DNA from: Cellvibrionales bacterium UBA1969
GTDB taxonomy: Bacteria; Pseudomonadota; Gammaproteobacteria; Pseudomonadales; UBA7434
NCBI GenBank assembly: GCA_002339085.1
Contig: DDDX01000033.1
Location: forward strand, 884-64,883
Length of the DNA stretch: 64,000 bases
Direction of reading: 5' to 3'
Both the position numbers and the translations under genes were made by a program. The notes below the pieces were generated by a model. It did no database searches and was not told where the DNA came from. It saw only the letters and a list, made by a program, of their open reading frames with translations. Below, in pieces: positions 1 to 9,940 of this stretch (position 1 is its first letter; every line of letters begins with the position of its first letter).

Positions 1-235
1 CTTCAAATAATCTTTTAAAAGCATATACTTAAATATTTTTAAGTCGCCATAAGCTTGTTTTTTGCGGGATGGTGTTACGCATCGACTCTCAAAAGTGTTA
101 CTTTCCCACAAAAAGAGGGTTTTTGGTCGTTTAAGGTAACAATTTTACGCTTCATCAGGAAGGAGTAATTGGGCAGCTGGCATATTGTTGGCGCTTCAAG
201 TCGCTAAAACTAAGGTCTGTCCCTAGGGTTGATAA

Positions 236-1354
236 TTATTTGCCGTTAGTCTTGTTTCTCGGAATGGCAAACCGTTGCCGACGTTCCCAAAGGCATTTTC
301 GGCTAATGCCCAGCTTTTTGGCCAATTCGGTTTCGTTCATCGATTCTTGGTTTTCCATCACAAAGCGCTGAAAATAATCCTCTAGGGATAAATCTTCATT
401 CGGGTCAGGCATGGAATCTCGGTTGGTGCTTTGAGACTGTTGAGAAGGCTGATAAAGATCGGCATAGCTACCAATCAAAGGGCGCTGCCCAGTGTTATTA
501 ACCACATTATTGAGGTGAGATGCCTCTATGTCGATCTCAAGTGACGTTGGGTCGATCGCAGCGTGATCAGACATAATAGCGGCGCGTTCAATAATATTCT
601 CAAGCTCGCGTACATTGCCTGGCCAAGAGTAGCTATTAATCGCTTGGACTGCTTCGGGGAGTAAATGTAATCCCGGTTTGTTATGCCGAATAGCTGCTTT
701 TTCTAATAAATATTTGGCGATTTCAAGTAAGTCACTGCCTCGTTGACGGAGGCTGGGTAATTCAATTTTCACAACATTGATACGGTAGTATAGATCAGCT
801 CGAAAATCACCTTTTTGCACCAATTGTCTAAGGTTTCTGTGAGTTGCGGCTACTAGCCTTACATTTACGTGCTGGGATTCGTTGGAGCCGATACGACGAA
901 TTTCACTTTCTTGAATAAAACGCAGTAAACGCGCTTGCGCTTCACAGGGTAGTTCACCAATTTCATCTAGGAATAGGGTGCCGCCTTCAGCTGCCTCGAT
1001 CAGACCGGAACGCTTGCTGGCCGCACCGGTAAAGGCGCCTTTTTCATGGCCAAATAATTCCGCTTCAATTAATGTTTCGGGAATAGCGGCGCAGTTTACA
1101 GCAATAAACGGTTGACTGTGTCGGTCGCTGGCTTGATGGATGCCGCGGGCCACTAACTCTTTGCCTGAACCCGTTTCACCGTGTATTAAAATGGTTGAGC
1201 GAGTGGGGGCCGCCTTCCTTACTCGAGCATAGACAGTTTTCATCGCAGAGCTAGAGCCTATCATGCCGGCTAGCGGCGGGTGATCATCAGCCGTGCTGAC
1301 AAGTTCAGTGGTATTGATATTAGCGGTGATATTACTTGGCATAGATTGGGACAC
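236..1354 (-). CDS. sigma-54-dependent transcriptional activator (bacterial enhancer-binding protein); AAA+ core plus C-terminal HTH, no receiver/sensor domain
   Basis: Walker A GETGSGKE, sigma-54 contact loop EKGAFTGA, Walker B LFLDEIGE and C-terminal HTH ([19 protein letters not shown]). Only ~35 aa precede the AAA+ core, so the architecture is PspF-like. Confidence 0.85.
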   Translation of the reverse strand: MSQSMPSNITANINTTELVSTADDHPPLAGMIGSSSAMKTVYARVRKAAPTRSTILIHGETGSGKELVARGIHQASDRHSQPFIAVNCAAIPETLIEAELFGHEKGAFTGAASKRSGLIEAAEGGTLFLDEIGELPCEAQARLLRFIQESEIRRIGSNESQHVNVRLVAATHRNLRQLVQKGDFRADLYYRINVVKIELPSLRQRGSDLLEIAKYLLEKAAIRHNKPGLHLLPEAVQAINSYSWPGNVRELENIIERAAIMSDHAAIDPTSLEIDIEASHLNNVVNNTGQRPLIGSYADLYQPSQQSQSTNRDSMPDPNEDLSLEDYFQRFVMENQESMNETELAKKLGISRKCLWERRQRFAIPRNKTNGK

Positions 1355-1475
1355 CCGGTTTTATTTCTGACCGTGCAGTTTAGTGAACCTGCTTACTATG
1401 GATACGGATGGAGCAAACAAAATTATGCATTTAATGTAACCCTTTGTAACAAAAAATGCGACTAATTTTCACTTT

Positions 1476-1498
1476 TTGTGAGTAAATTTAACTCACAA
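1476..1498. promoter_or_regulatory. perfect 8-bp inverted repeat (TTGTGAGT-N7-ACTCACAA), candidate operator between gluQ stop and the sigma-54 activator start
   Basis: Read directly from the sequence. No U-run follows on either strand, so it does not look like an intrinsic terminator. It lies ~120 nt upstream of the activator start codon. Confidence 0.25.
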
Positions 1499-1542
1499 TG
1501 ATTGTCGAGGTATACAGGATATTTTTAATCTATTGATTTGTA

Positions 1543-2439
1543 TCACTTTTCCCTTATTCTTTCGATATCCCAGTGCTCGATAGCCCAAGTTATGATCGCC
1601 TTTATTGGTAATTGCTCAGGACTCAGCGGCAGCGGCTGATTTAATTGCTGCAGTGCCCGCTGCAGATTTTTATTGGCGCATTGGTCGTTTAAAGCGGCGG
1701 CGCCGGTTTGTTTACTCAGCTTTTGCGCACTGTTGTCTAAGGTAATGACGGGTAAGTGGGCATATTTAACCGGCGGTAAATTTAGCGATTGTTGCAAGGC
1801 GATTTGCCATACGGTTGATTCTAATAGATCCGCACCGCGCACCACATGCGTAATCGCTTGTGCTGCATCGTCTATGACAACGGCCAGTTGATAGGCAAAT
1901 AAGGAATCGCGGCGTTTTAATATGCAGTCCCCAAACGTTTGCATATTGAAGGATTGCGGACCCAAGACACGATCGTTGAAACTATATTGTTGTTCACCAC
2001 AATGAAAGCGAATAGCATGACTGGCCGGCGTATGGGCGCTAGCATCGGCATAAGCGACCCTTTTTTTCTGGCGACAAAAGCCTGGATAGGGGCCTGGATA
2101 CTCACGCAATTTAGCGCGCGTGCAGTCGCAGTAATATACTTGGCTTTGGTTGGCCAATTGATCCAGCCCCGCTTGATAATAGACGTTTTTATCGGCTTGG
2201 TAGAAGATATCCCCGTCCCAATCTAGTCCATGGTTGCGCAGGCTTTGAATAATCATTTCACAGGCACCCTCAACATTGCGCAAGGTGTCGACATCTTCAA
2301 TTCGAAGCAACCACTGGCCGTTGTTGGCTTTAGCGTCAAGGTAACTGGCGAGCGCCGCAAACAGTGAGCCTGCATGCAAAGGTCCAGTGGGCGAGGGGGC
2401 AAAGCGACCAATATAGGGTTGAAGCGTTTGGGGTTGCAT
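1543..2439 (-). CDS. gluQ: glutamyl-Q tRNA(Asp) synthetase (truncated GluRS paralogue)
   Basis: N-terminal GRFAPSPTGPLHAGS (class I HIGH-type motif). At 298 aa it is a catalytic domain only. It sits directly downstream of dksA, as in E. coli. Confidence 0.9.
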   Translation of the reverse strand: MQPQTLQPYIGRFAPSPTGPLHAGSLFAALASYLDAKANNGQWLLRIEDVDTLRNVEGACEMIIQSLRNHGLDWDGDIFYQADKNVYYQAGLDQLANQSQVYYCDCTRAKLREYPGPYPGFCRQKKRVAYADASAHTPASHAIRFHCGEQQYSFNDRVLGPQSFNMQTFGDCILKRRDSLFAYQLAVVIDDAAQAITHVVRGADLLESTVWQIALQQSLNLPPVKYAHLPVITLDNSAQKLSKQTGAAALNDQCANKNLQRALQQLNQPLPLSPEQLPIKAIITWAIEHWDIERIREK

Positions 2440-2538
2440 AACCGATGATTATTCCGAATGGCGTGCCTGATTACAAGCGGCTGAGACGGTTGAAGGGTTT
2501 GTTAGTTAACGGCAGGCTTAAAACTGTGAGTGGTTGTG

Positions 2539-2979
2539 TTAGCCCAGTTGCTGCTTTTCTTTAATTTCGTCAAGCGTCTTGCAGTCGATACAAAGTGTTG
2601 CCGTGGGACGGGCTTCTAAGCGTTTAATCCCAATGTCAATGCCGCACATATCGCAAAAGCCGTAATCGTCGCAATCAATAAGATCAATGGTAGCGTCAAT
2701 CTTTCGAATAAGTTTTCGTTCTCGATCACGGGCACGAAGCTCAAGACTGAATTCTTCTTCTTGAGTAGCACGATCGGCGGGGTCAGGAAAATTGGCCGCT
2801 TCGTCTTTCATATGGCTGACGGTGCGATCAACCTCTTCCATTAATTGAGACTTCCAGTTGATCAAAATTGACTTGAAGTGATCCCGCTGGGGTTCACCCA
2901 TGTACTCTTCACCTTTTTTAGGTTTATAAGGAGTGAAATTTTGAAAAGTCTCTGAGCCGGTTTTCTTCTTACGCGCCAT
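2539..2979 (-). CDS. dksA: RNA polymerase-binding transcription factor DksA
   Basis: 146 aa. It has an acidic coiled-coil tip ([11 protein letters not shown]) and a C4 zinc finger (CDMCG...CIDCK). Confidence 0.93.
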   Translation of the reverse strand: MARKKKTGSETFQNFTPYKPKKGEEYMGEPQRDHFKSILINWKSQLMEEVDRTVSHMKDEAANFPDPADRATQEEEFSLELRARDRERKLIRKIDATIDLIDCDDYGFCDMCGIDIGIKRLEARPTATLCIDCKTLDEIKEKQQLG

Positions 2980-3203
2980 TTTGAAAATCTCTCGTTCAAT
3001 CGATGATGCAAGGCGGTTTTGAGCAAAAAAGAACCATCTTAAGCTTTAAGAATTGTTTTTGCTTCGTACAAAACTACCTTCTTTAAAAGCGGGGGGAATT
3101 TAGCAGAAAAAATGCCAGCAAGCTACCGATTTTTAGTCTGTTGACGTTAATTTTGCAGTCGATAGCGTCAAGACAGCTAATTTTTTAGTGAGCGAAGGTG
3201 GTA

Positions 3204-3233
3204 TTCACGTGCTTGCTTCGAATGGGGTAGAAT
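3204..3233 (+). promoter_or_regulatory. possible sigma-70 promoter for the aminotransferase gene (-35 TTCACG, 18-nt spacer, -10 TAGAAT)
   Basis: Hexamers read directly from the sequence, ~100 nt upstream of the ATG at 3333. This is a motif match only. Confidence 0.25.
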
Positions 3234-3332
3234 AAAGTTAAAGATCAAATAATGTCTGAGTAACTGATTTATGAGCGTTTTTTTTGTTTTTGGGGTATTT
3301 AATTGCAGGCAGTGCCTACGATGAGGTCGCCG

Positions 3333-4529
3333 ATGAGTCAGCGCGCCGGCGCTATCCAATCCTTTCAAGTGGTTGAAATGTTGGCCCGTGCAAAAGCGCT
3401 AGAGGCACAGGGTCGCGATATTATTCATATGCAAGCGGGTGAGCCTGACTTCACCACGGCCCCCGCTATCATTGAGGCTGGTATCGCAGCTCTGACAAGG
3501 GGTGAGACGCAATACAGCGATGCTAATGGCTTGTGGTCTTTGCGTCAGGCAATCGTTGATTACTACCGGAGCGACTACGGCGTCGAAATTGATCCCAAAC
3601 GCGTCATGATTACGCCAGGCGCCTCAGGCGCTTTATTATTGATTTCAGCTTTACTGGTTGATCGAGACCAGGGCGTACTAATGACTGACCCCGGTTACCC
3701 TTGCAACTCAAATTTTATTCGCCTTGTGGAAGGTGAGTCACAATTAGTGCCGGTGGGCCCTGAGCACGGTTTTCAACTGACGGATGATTTGGTTAATCAG
3801 TATTGGCGTCGAAGTCAAGACGGTCATCCACCCACGGTTGCTGCCTTAGTGGCCAGCCCAGCGAACCCTACTGGTGCGGCATTGTCTCGGGAAGCTTTAG
3901 GCGCATTATTCAAGGCGGTTGATCAACAGGGTGGACAGCTGGTCGTCGATGAAATTTATCATGGTTTAGATTTTCGATCGGTAGGTACACAGCGGGCGAT
4001 CACGTCTATTTTAGAATTGACCGATCAGGCGTTTGTCATTAACAGTTTCTCTAAATATTTTGGAATGACTGGCTGGCGTTTAGGCTGGCTGGTGGCACCT
4101 GAATGGGCCTTGCAAGGCTTAGAGAAGTTGGCGCAAAACCTGTTTATTTCCATGTCGACGATGGCGCAGTACGCCGCCTTGCAGTGTTTCACGCCGGCAA
4201 CACGGGCGTTGCTGGATGCGCGGCGCGATGAGTTTCAGCGCCGCTGCGATGTATTACTGCCTGCTTTAGAGGCGATGGGGTTTATCATTCCGCATTATCC
4301 CGAAGGCGGCCTGTATATTTATGCCGACATAAGCGGCTTTAATGGTCGCTTTGGTACCGACAGTCAGGCGTTTTGTCACCGCTTACTTGAAGAGCATGGT
4401 ATTGCCTTAACCCCTGGTGCTGACTTTGGCGATTATCGCAGTGAAAATATGGTGCGATTTGCGTTTACCACTAGTCTTGAGCGGATAACATTTGCCATCG
4501 AAAAAATGCAACGTATTTTCATGGTATAG
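3333..4529 (+). CDS. PLP-dependent aminotransferase, class I/II (aspartate/aromatic aminotransferase-like)
   Basis: Motifs AGEPDF, ASPANPTG and SFSKYFGMTGWRLGW (PLP-lysine motif). I prefer the start at 3333 because a GAGG lies 6 nt upstream. The track start at 3303 is a TTG, and an ATG at 3321 is also possible. Confidence 0.85.
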   Translation: MSQRAGAIQSFQVVEMLARAKALEAQGRDIIHMQAGEPDFTTAPAIIEAGIAALTRGETQYSDANGLWSLRQAIVDYYRSDYGVEIDPKRVMITPGASGALLLISALLVDRDQGVLMTDPGYPCNSNFIRLVEGESQLVPVGPEHGFQLTDDLVNQYWRRSQDGHPPTVAALVASPANPTGAALSREALGALFKAVDQQGGQLVVDEIYHGLDFRSVGTQRAITSILELTDQAFVINSFSKYFGMTGWRLGWLVAPEWALQGLEKLAQNLFISMSTMAQYAALQCFTPATRALLDARRDEFQRRCDVLLPALEAMGFIIPHYPEGGLYIYADISGFNGRFGTDSQAFCHRLLEEHGIALTPGADFGDYRSENMVRFAFTTSLERITFAIEKMQRIFMV

Positions 4530-4609
4530 CGGTTATACTCGCGCTAATCGATTTTGTTGGGTGACAATGTCCTTTCCGAAAGGCTTTATAGATTAGTCAT
4601 ACTTAAAAA

Positions 4610-7495
4610 ATGAATAGGAATAAACTTCGCATGAGTGCATTGAAGCTTAGTTATAGCGTAGTCGCGGTTATCGCCTTAGTGGCTTGCGGTGGCAGTGATA
4701 ATGAACGTCCAGAACCTGCATACCCTCCCGTGGTGGGGGTTAGTTTTCCACCTGCGATTTCTTCAACTACCAGCGATAGTGTGACAGTTCACTTCACCGC
4801 ACTGGGTCTATCCAATCCGCTGACAACTGTCCAGGCTAGCTTGAATGATGTTGTGCAAGGGGAACCTAAATTACCGAATGCAGAACATCGATATCAATTC
4901 GACGTAGACGGCATGACCGCCGGCAGCCAAAACTTTATTACGATGATAGCCAACGATGCCAATGTTAGTCAGTCAACCACGCATGGCGTAACTTACGGCT
5001 CAACGTGGATGGTTGAGCGCGGTGTGCAATATGACGCTAATAATGATCGCGCGTTCGTGGTCGATGCAGCGCGGAAAGCAGTGCTGGAAATTGATTTAGC
5101 AACGGGTGAAAAAACTGAGCTGTCAGACTCAAATAATGCTTCAGAAGTTACCTTAGTAGCTCCTGAGGACATGGCGCTTGATAAAAATGATGATGGAGAT
5201 GATTTTGCCTGGATTGTTGACAGCGGATCACAGCAGCTTATCAAGATTAATCTTACGGATGGTGATTGGACTCGTTTTTCTGTTGGGGTGAGCGACCTGT
5301 TCAATCAACCAATAGCTATTGCACTCGATGACAACGCTACCACCGCCTTCATCTTGGATATTAAAAATAAAAAAATTCATCGAGTTAATTTAACTAATGG
5401 AGTCGATGCCTCTCTAGATTTTTCTGATAGTCCCTCAGGCATTAATTTAATTGCCCCGCGTGATTTATCCTATGATGGTGATCACAATCGTTTACTTATC
5501 ACGGATGGTGGAACTAATAGCATTATCGCGGTTCCGCTTGACAGTAGCCCCAGAGAAATATTATCTGGCTCTACCGTGCCAAATATTGATAACCTTTTCC
5601 GTGCTGTCCAGCACATTACTTTGAGCGCTGATAACAGCAAGGCTTATGTCAGTGACGCAGTGCTGGCTTCTATTATTGAGGTTGACTTATCGACAGGTCT
5701 ACAAAGTCTGTTGGTTGATGCAGGCGAAGTAGATGGCGATGACACTGTAATTCGTCAGGCTAATACCGATAATCCCTTTGCCTCACCCGGCGCTTTGACG
5801 ATTGGCCCGAATAATCAATTGCTGGTGGTTGATAATAGCTTAGGCGTGATGGTAAAAGTGGCTACGGAAGATAGTAGTGGGGATTTAGATTATAAAGGCC
5901 AGCGTGATTATGTAGCGGCTGGTGCTACGACGCCAGCCGAGGGTGATACGGCCGCCACTTTAACAGCATTGGCTGCCGATCACCTAATGGGCCGTTTATC
6001 TGGCTTGGCCAGTAATGCAAACCAATCGGTAATGTATACGATTGATCGTGACTTTGGTGAAGTAAAGCAATTAGAGCCCGCTTTAAATGTAGTCGTTCCT
6101 ATGGATGATTTAAACTCTAACACGACTTTAGGGAGTAATGGTGAGCTAAGATTTTCCGACAGTGGCTTATTGGCGGCTTTATCCAGCGTGAATACCAGTG
6201 AGGAGGATGGGACCTATGCCGATATAAATTCAACGGGAGGAAGCGGCAGTGATGCTGTGTTTGAACTGACGGTTAACGATGGCGAAGTGACTGCCATTCA
6301 AGTCACAACTACTGGCGAGTCTTATGCTTACGGCGATACATTAACACTGGGCTCGAATGGCGATACCGATTTTAGTAGCCTGTCTTTGATATTGGTTGAC
6401 GATGAAGTGCCGTTCACTGACCCACGTATCCTCGCAAGTCGTTTTGGCGTGAAGTTAGGTCCTTCAGGTCAATTATATGCAGAGAGTGACTGGTTGGTGT
6501 TTGGTGTGACAAAGTCCTCATTAGGTGATTTAACTGAAGGTGAATTTAATAATATTACTGCTCAGAGTAACAGGGACGGAGTGGGCGCTGAATTTAGTAT
6601 CACAGTTAACAGTGAGAAAAAAATTAGTGCCATCGAGGTCGATGCAGTTGGCAGTGGTTATACTAATGGTGAAACGCTCACCTTTGCCGGTGAATATCTT
6701 GGTGCAAGTGGATCGTTTGATCTTATCGTTCAAGAGGTTTTACAAGATATTTATATTGTTGATGCTGCGTCAGAAGATGGACAAGGTTCAGTAATTCAGA
6801 TTAATGCTGCGGGTGTTAATAAAGGTAATCGTACGCTTTTGCCTTCATCTTCATCTGGCGACACTGCACTTATAGATCCTTTGACGGCATTAGTGGTAGA
6901 TAAGACTTTGTATGTTTTAGATAACAGCGGTAAGATAATTTCAGTGTCACTAAGTGAAAACAGTTTGGGTGATCGTAGTTTGTTGGCACCTATTCCTGAT
7001 GCGCGTGCCATGGTGTTGGACGAAACAGGCGAAAATTTTTATGTTGCGACAAACGAAGCGATAAAAAGAGTCAGTATAGCGGATGGTAGTGAGTCATTTT
7101 ATTTGTTGCTGGTTAACGCGGTTGATATTGCTGATTTGTTGCTAGATACAGGTGAGTTGCTTGATGTAAATGGTGTATTAGATGAGACGGACGATCGTTT
7201 GCTCATTTTAGATGGCGGTTTAGGGAAATTGTTTGGTATTGACCTTGCAGATACCTCACCGCTCGATTTAACTTCCGAAACGCCGATCACGGGTCCAACT
7301 ATTCCAAGCTCGGCAAATCCTTTTATTGCCCCAACAAAGATGATCTATGACAGCAATTACCAATGGTTATATGTCTTGGATGAAACCTTACATTCACTTT
7401 TTGTGGTCGATCTTCAAGAGCGTGATTATGGCGATGGTGCGCAGGTCGATGCGCAAAAAGTCGTGATTATGCAGGGCACAGCGCTGAATCAATAA
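4610..7495 (+). CDS. large lipoprotein with ~12 beta-propeller-like blade repeats and an inserted duplicated domain
   Basis: Lipobox LVAC at the end of the signal peptide (ALVACGGS). A recurring unit hhhhD-x6-8-[IV]x[IV]xLxxG appears, e.g. AFVVDAARKAVLEIDLATG, AWIVDSGSQQLIKINLTDG and AYVSDAVLASIIEVDLSTG. The function is unknown. Confidence 0.7.
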   Translation: MNRNKLRMSALKLSYSVVAVIALVACGGSDNERPEPAYPPVVGVSFPPAISSTTSDSVTVHFTALGLSNPLTTVQASLNDVVQGEPKLPNAEHRYQFDVDGMTAGSQNFITMIANDANVSQSTTHGVTYGSTWMVERGVQYDANNDRAFVVDAARKAVLEIDLATGEKTELSDSNNASEVTLVAPEDMALDKNDDGDDFAWIVDSGSQQLIKINLTDGDWTRFSVGVSDLFNQPIAIALDDNATTAFILDIKNKKIHRVNLTNGVDASLDFSDSPSGINLIAPRDLSYDGDHNRLLITDGGTNSIIAVPLDSSPREILSGSTVPNIDNLFRAVQHITLSADNSKAYVSDAVLASIIEVDLSTGLQSLLVDAGEVDGDDTVIRQANTDNPFASPGALTIGPNNQLLVVDNSLGVMVKVATEDSSGDLDYKGQRDYVAAGATTPAEGDTAATLTALAADHLMGRLSGLASNANQSVMYTIDRDFGEVKQLEPALNVVVPMDDLNSNTTLGSNGELRFSDSGLLAALSSVNTSEEDGTYADINSTGGSGSDAVFELTVNDGEVTAIQVTTTGESYAYGDTLTLGSNGDTDFSSLSLILVDDEVPFTDPRILASRFGVKLGPSGQLYAESDWLVFGVTKSSLGDLTEGEFNNITAQSNRDGVGAEFSITVNSEKKISAIEVDAVGSGYTNGETLTFAGEYLGASGSFDLIVQEVLQDIYIVDAASEDGQGSVIQINAAGVNKGNRTLLPSSSSGDTALIDPLTALVVDKTLYVLDNSGKIISVSLSENSLGDRSLLAPIPDARAMVLDETGENFYVATNEAIKRVSIADGSESFYLLLVNAVDIADLLLDTGELLDVNGVLDETDDRLLILDGGLGKLFGIDLADTSPLDLTSETPITGPTIPSSANPFIAPTKMIYDSNYQWLYVLDETLHSLFVVDLQERDYGDGAQVDAQKVVIMQGTALNQ
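6224..6739 (+). repeat. intragenic duplication: two ~62-aa related segments (6224-6409 and 6554-6739) inside the lipoprotein gene
   Basis: The copies align as AVFELTVNDGEVTAIQVTTTGESYAYGDTLTLG versus AEFSITVNSEKKISAIEVDAVGSGYTNGETLTFAG. Both end in LI(L)V..EV. Confidence 0.7.
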
Positions 7496-7513
7496 CGATG
7501 CTCGCTGTATAAT

Positions 7514-7837
7514 TTAGTTCACTAAAAACACTTCCCCGGCTTCAAGCTTAACCTCAAGGCGGCGAAGTTGTTGGCCCGCGCAGGGCCCCGAAACACAGTC
7601 ACCTTCCTCGATGGTAAATAGTGCGCCATGCGTTGAGCATTGAATCAGTGCGCCTTCTTGGTCAAGGAACTGATCCTCTAACCATTCCAGCTCAATGCCT
7701 AAATGTGGGCAGCGATTTTCATAGACAAAAATCACCGCGTCTTTTTTTACCGCAAACAGTTTTTGTTCGCCTATTTCAAAACCTTTTGAGCAGCCTTCTT
7801 CGATATCATCGCTGTGGCATAAACGTTTCATCAGCAA
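7514..7837 (-). CDS. Rieske [2Fe-2S] domain protein
   Basis: CPHLG (C-x-H) and CSTHGALF (C-x-x-H) ligand motifs, 107 aa. Confidence 0.85.
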   Translation of the reverse strand: MLMKRLCHSDDIEEGCSKGFEIGEQKLFAVKKDAVIFVYENRCPHLGIELEWLEDQFLDQEGALIQCSTHGALFTIEEGDCVSGPCAGQQLRRLEVKLEAGEVFLVN

Positions 7838-7849
7838 AGGCTCATTCTA

Positions 7850-8965
7850 CTAATTAGTTAATGCATCAAGGCGTTGTTGCGCTTCTTGCATGATGGCTTG
7901 AATGACGGCCTCGCAGCTTTCTAGCTCATCAATCGCGGCGGCAATTTGCCCGCCGGGCAAGGCGCCTTCAGCCGGTTTTCCCTCAACCCACGTTTTACTG
8001 TACAGCACAGGCGCATTGGCCGACATTAAGGTTTGCGTAGCAGTGAGTCCATCATTACGAAACACCAAAGCGCTTTTTAGTAGGTCGAAAATCGACATGC
8101 CAGTGATTTTGCGGCATTGCCAGCCATTGATTAAGGCAAACAGTAACGCCCGTGCACGTCCTTGGCCTTCAAGTTTGGCCAGCAATTCATTTTGTATTAA
8201 GCGCAGTGGCATGCCATCGAGCGCGTGAGTCACCAATATCTTATCAGTATCATCCACTTCAACGTAGCGCTGTTTGGCCGTCATAGCTACCGGACTGTCA
8301 GTGGTCATTAAAAATCGTGTACCCATGGCAATACCCACCGCCCCGTAAGCTAACGCGGCAACTAAACCGCGGCCATCTTTAAACCCACCGGCGGCTATCA
8401 CGGGTACATTAACCGCATCCACGGTTTGCGGCACAATAATACTGGTCGGTGCTGAGCCAGTATGACCGCCGCCTTCGCCGCCTTGAACCACCACCGCATC
8501 GGCACCAATTTTTACTGCCTTAATAGCATGCTGGGTTTTTCCAACGGTGGGTACCAGTGCAATACCTGCTTGCTTGAAGCGGGCAATCGTATCGGGATTG
8601 GGGCCGCGACCGTAGCTCACGGCGGCGACTTTGTCTTGGTGCTTAAGAATAATGTCGGCAATTTTATCGGCACCTGGGGTAAACATATGGAAGTTCACGC
8701 CAAAACGTTGATTCGTTAACGAGGCGGTTTTTAAAATAGCGGCTTCAACCTCTTCAATCGGAATCGTCACTGCGGCTAAAAATCCAAAGCCGCCAGCATT
8801 ACATGTGGCTGCGACCAGTTCAGGTAAGGCCACATAGCCCATCGCTGTTTGAATAATGGGGTAACGACAACCTAGTAATTCACACAGTTGGGTCGTTAAT
8901 ACCTTATTTGCTTGATTAGCCAAGGTTGGGTTGGTTAGCTTTGAGTCAGTTGAAGATGTGTTCAC
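7850..8965 (-). CDS. nitronate monooxygenase / FabK-like FMN oxidoreductase family
   Basis: YPIIQTAMGYV, NAGGFGFLA, VVVQGGEGGGHTG and VIAAGGFKDGRG...GTRFL, which are typical NMO-family motifs. Confidence 0.82.
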   Translation of the reverse strand: MNTSSTDSKLTNPTLANQANKVLTTQLCELLGCRYPIIQTAMGYVALPELVAATCNAGGFGFLAAVTIPIEEVEAAILKTASLTNQRFGVNFHMFTPGADKIADIILKHQDKVAAVSYGRGPNPDTIARFKQAGIALVPTVGKTQHAIKAVKIGADAVVVQGGEGGGHTGSAPTSIIVPQTVDAVNVPVIAAGGFKDGRGLVAALAYGAVGIAMGTRFLMTTDSPVAMTAKQRYVEVDDTDKILVTHALDGMPLRLIQNELLAKLEGQGRARALLFALINGWQCRKITGMSIFDLLKSALVFRNDGLTATQTLMSANAPVLYSKTWVEGKPAEGALPGGQIAAAIDELESCEAVIQAIMQEAQQRLDALTN

Positions 8966-9186
8966 ATTCGTTACCTTTGGTTTACACTGAAACCAATAAT
9001 ATCAGTGTCAGATGGTCTAGTAAGACGATTATACCCTCTGCAAGCCGATGAGGGGTCACTAAAACGCGCAATCTTAGTTGTCAATACCACTATCTTTTTT
9101 TGTCGAGCTTAGCTTATTATCAGTTTTCGTGTTTTTTAATACATTGAATTAGCCATTTACGCTGAAATTAAAAAGGCAGTCGCAGC

Positions 9187-9888
9187 ATGAATCTAGCACA
9201 ATTAACAGGTCAAGATGAGACCGTACTGGTTAATTATGATGGGTATTTATTGCATGCCGATGTGGTGACCGATTGGGCTGCGCTGCAGCGCGATGCCGCC
9301 CAAGCGGGTTTCGATTTGGCTATAGCCAGTGCCTACCGAAGCTTTAGTCGTCAGTTATTGATTTGGAATGAAAAGGCTAGCGGTGTTCGGCCTCTTTTTG
9401 ACGATAAAGGTCAGCTATTGTCTGTTGAGCAGATGAGTGAAACTGATGTCGTTTTCGCAATATTGCGCTGGTCAGCATTACCAGGTGGTTCGCGCCATCA
9501 CTGGGGCACTGATATTGACGTCTATGATCGCTCGGCCATAGCTCAGAATTATGCTGTTCAACTCAACGAAATAGAAGTCCAATCGGGCGGTGTTTTTGCG
9601 CCTTTGCATAATTGGCTGGATGCGCGAATAGATAAGCAGCAAAGCTATGGTTTTTTTCGGCCCTACACTACGCTTACGTCAACTCAGGAAACTAGGCCAA
9701 CCGGTATTGCCGCCGAGCGATGGCATCTTAGTCATCAACCCAGTGCTGAGCAGTTTTCACAACAGTTAACCTTAAGTGCTTTGTATCAGGTGATTGACGC
9801 TCAAGAGGATATGCAGCTGAAGGCGACTGTTTTAGCCCATTTTGATGAGATTTTCACAACATTTATCAGCGCATCGGCCATTGGCTAA
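9187..9888 (+). CDS. M15-family (VanY-like) D-Ala-D-Ala / LD-carboxypeptidase
   Basis: SAYRSFSRQ and SRHHWGTDIDV zinc-ligand motifs. There is no signal peptide. Confidence 0.72.
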   Translation: MNLAQLTGQDETVLVNYDGYLLHADVVTDWAALQRDAAQAGFDLAIASAYRSFSRQLLIWNEKASGVRPLFDDKGQLLSVEQMSETDVVFAILRWSALPGGSRHHWGTDIDVYDRSAIAQNYAVQLNEIEVQSGGVFAPLHNWLDARIDKQQSYGFFRPYTTLTSTQETRPTGIAAERWHLSHQPSAEQFSQQLTLSALYQVIDAQEDMQLKATVLAHFDEIFTTFISASAIG

Positions 9889-9940
9889 ACAATGAATACT
9901 GACTAAGCTGATCAGCGATTTACTTTATAGGATTTCAATT

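Noticed and set aside
153-235. Micro-ORFs in the left-end non-coding region: a 26-aa minus-strand ORF from the ATG at 155, and a 12-aa + strand ORF after an AAGGAG
   Set aside because: They are too short. The minus-strand one lacks an RBS, and the + strand one has a 3-nt RBS spacing with a TTG start. There is no supporting evidence.
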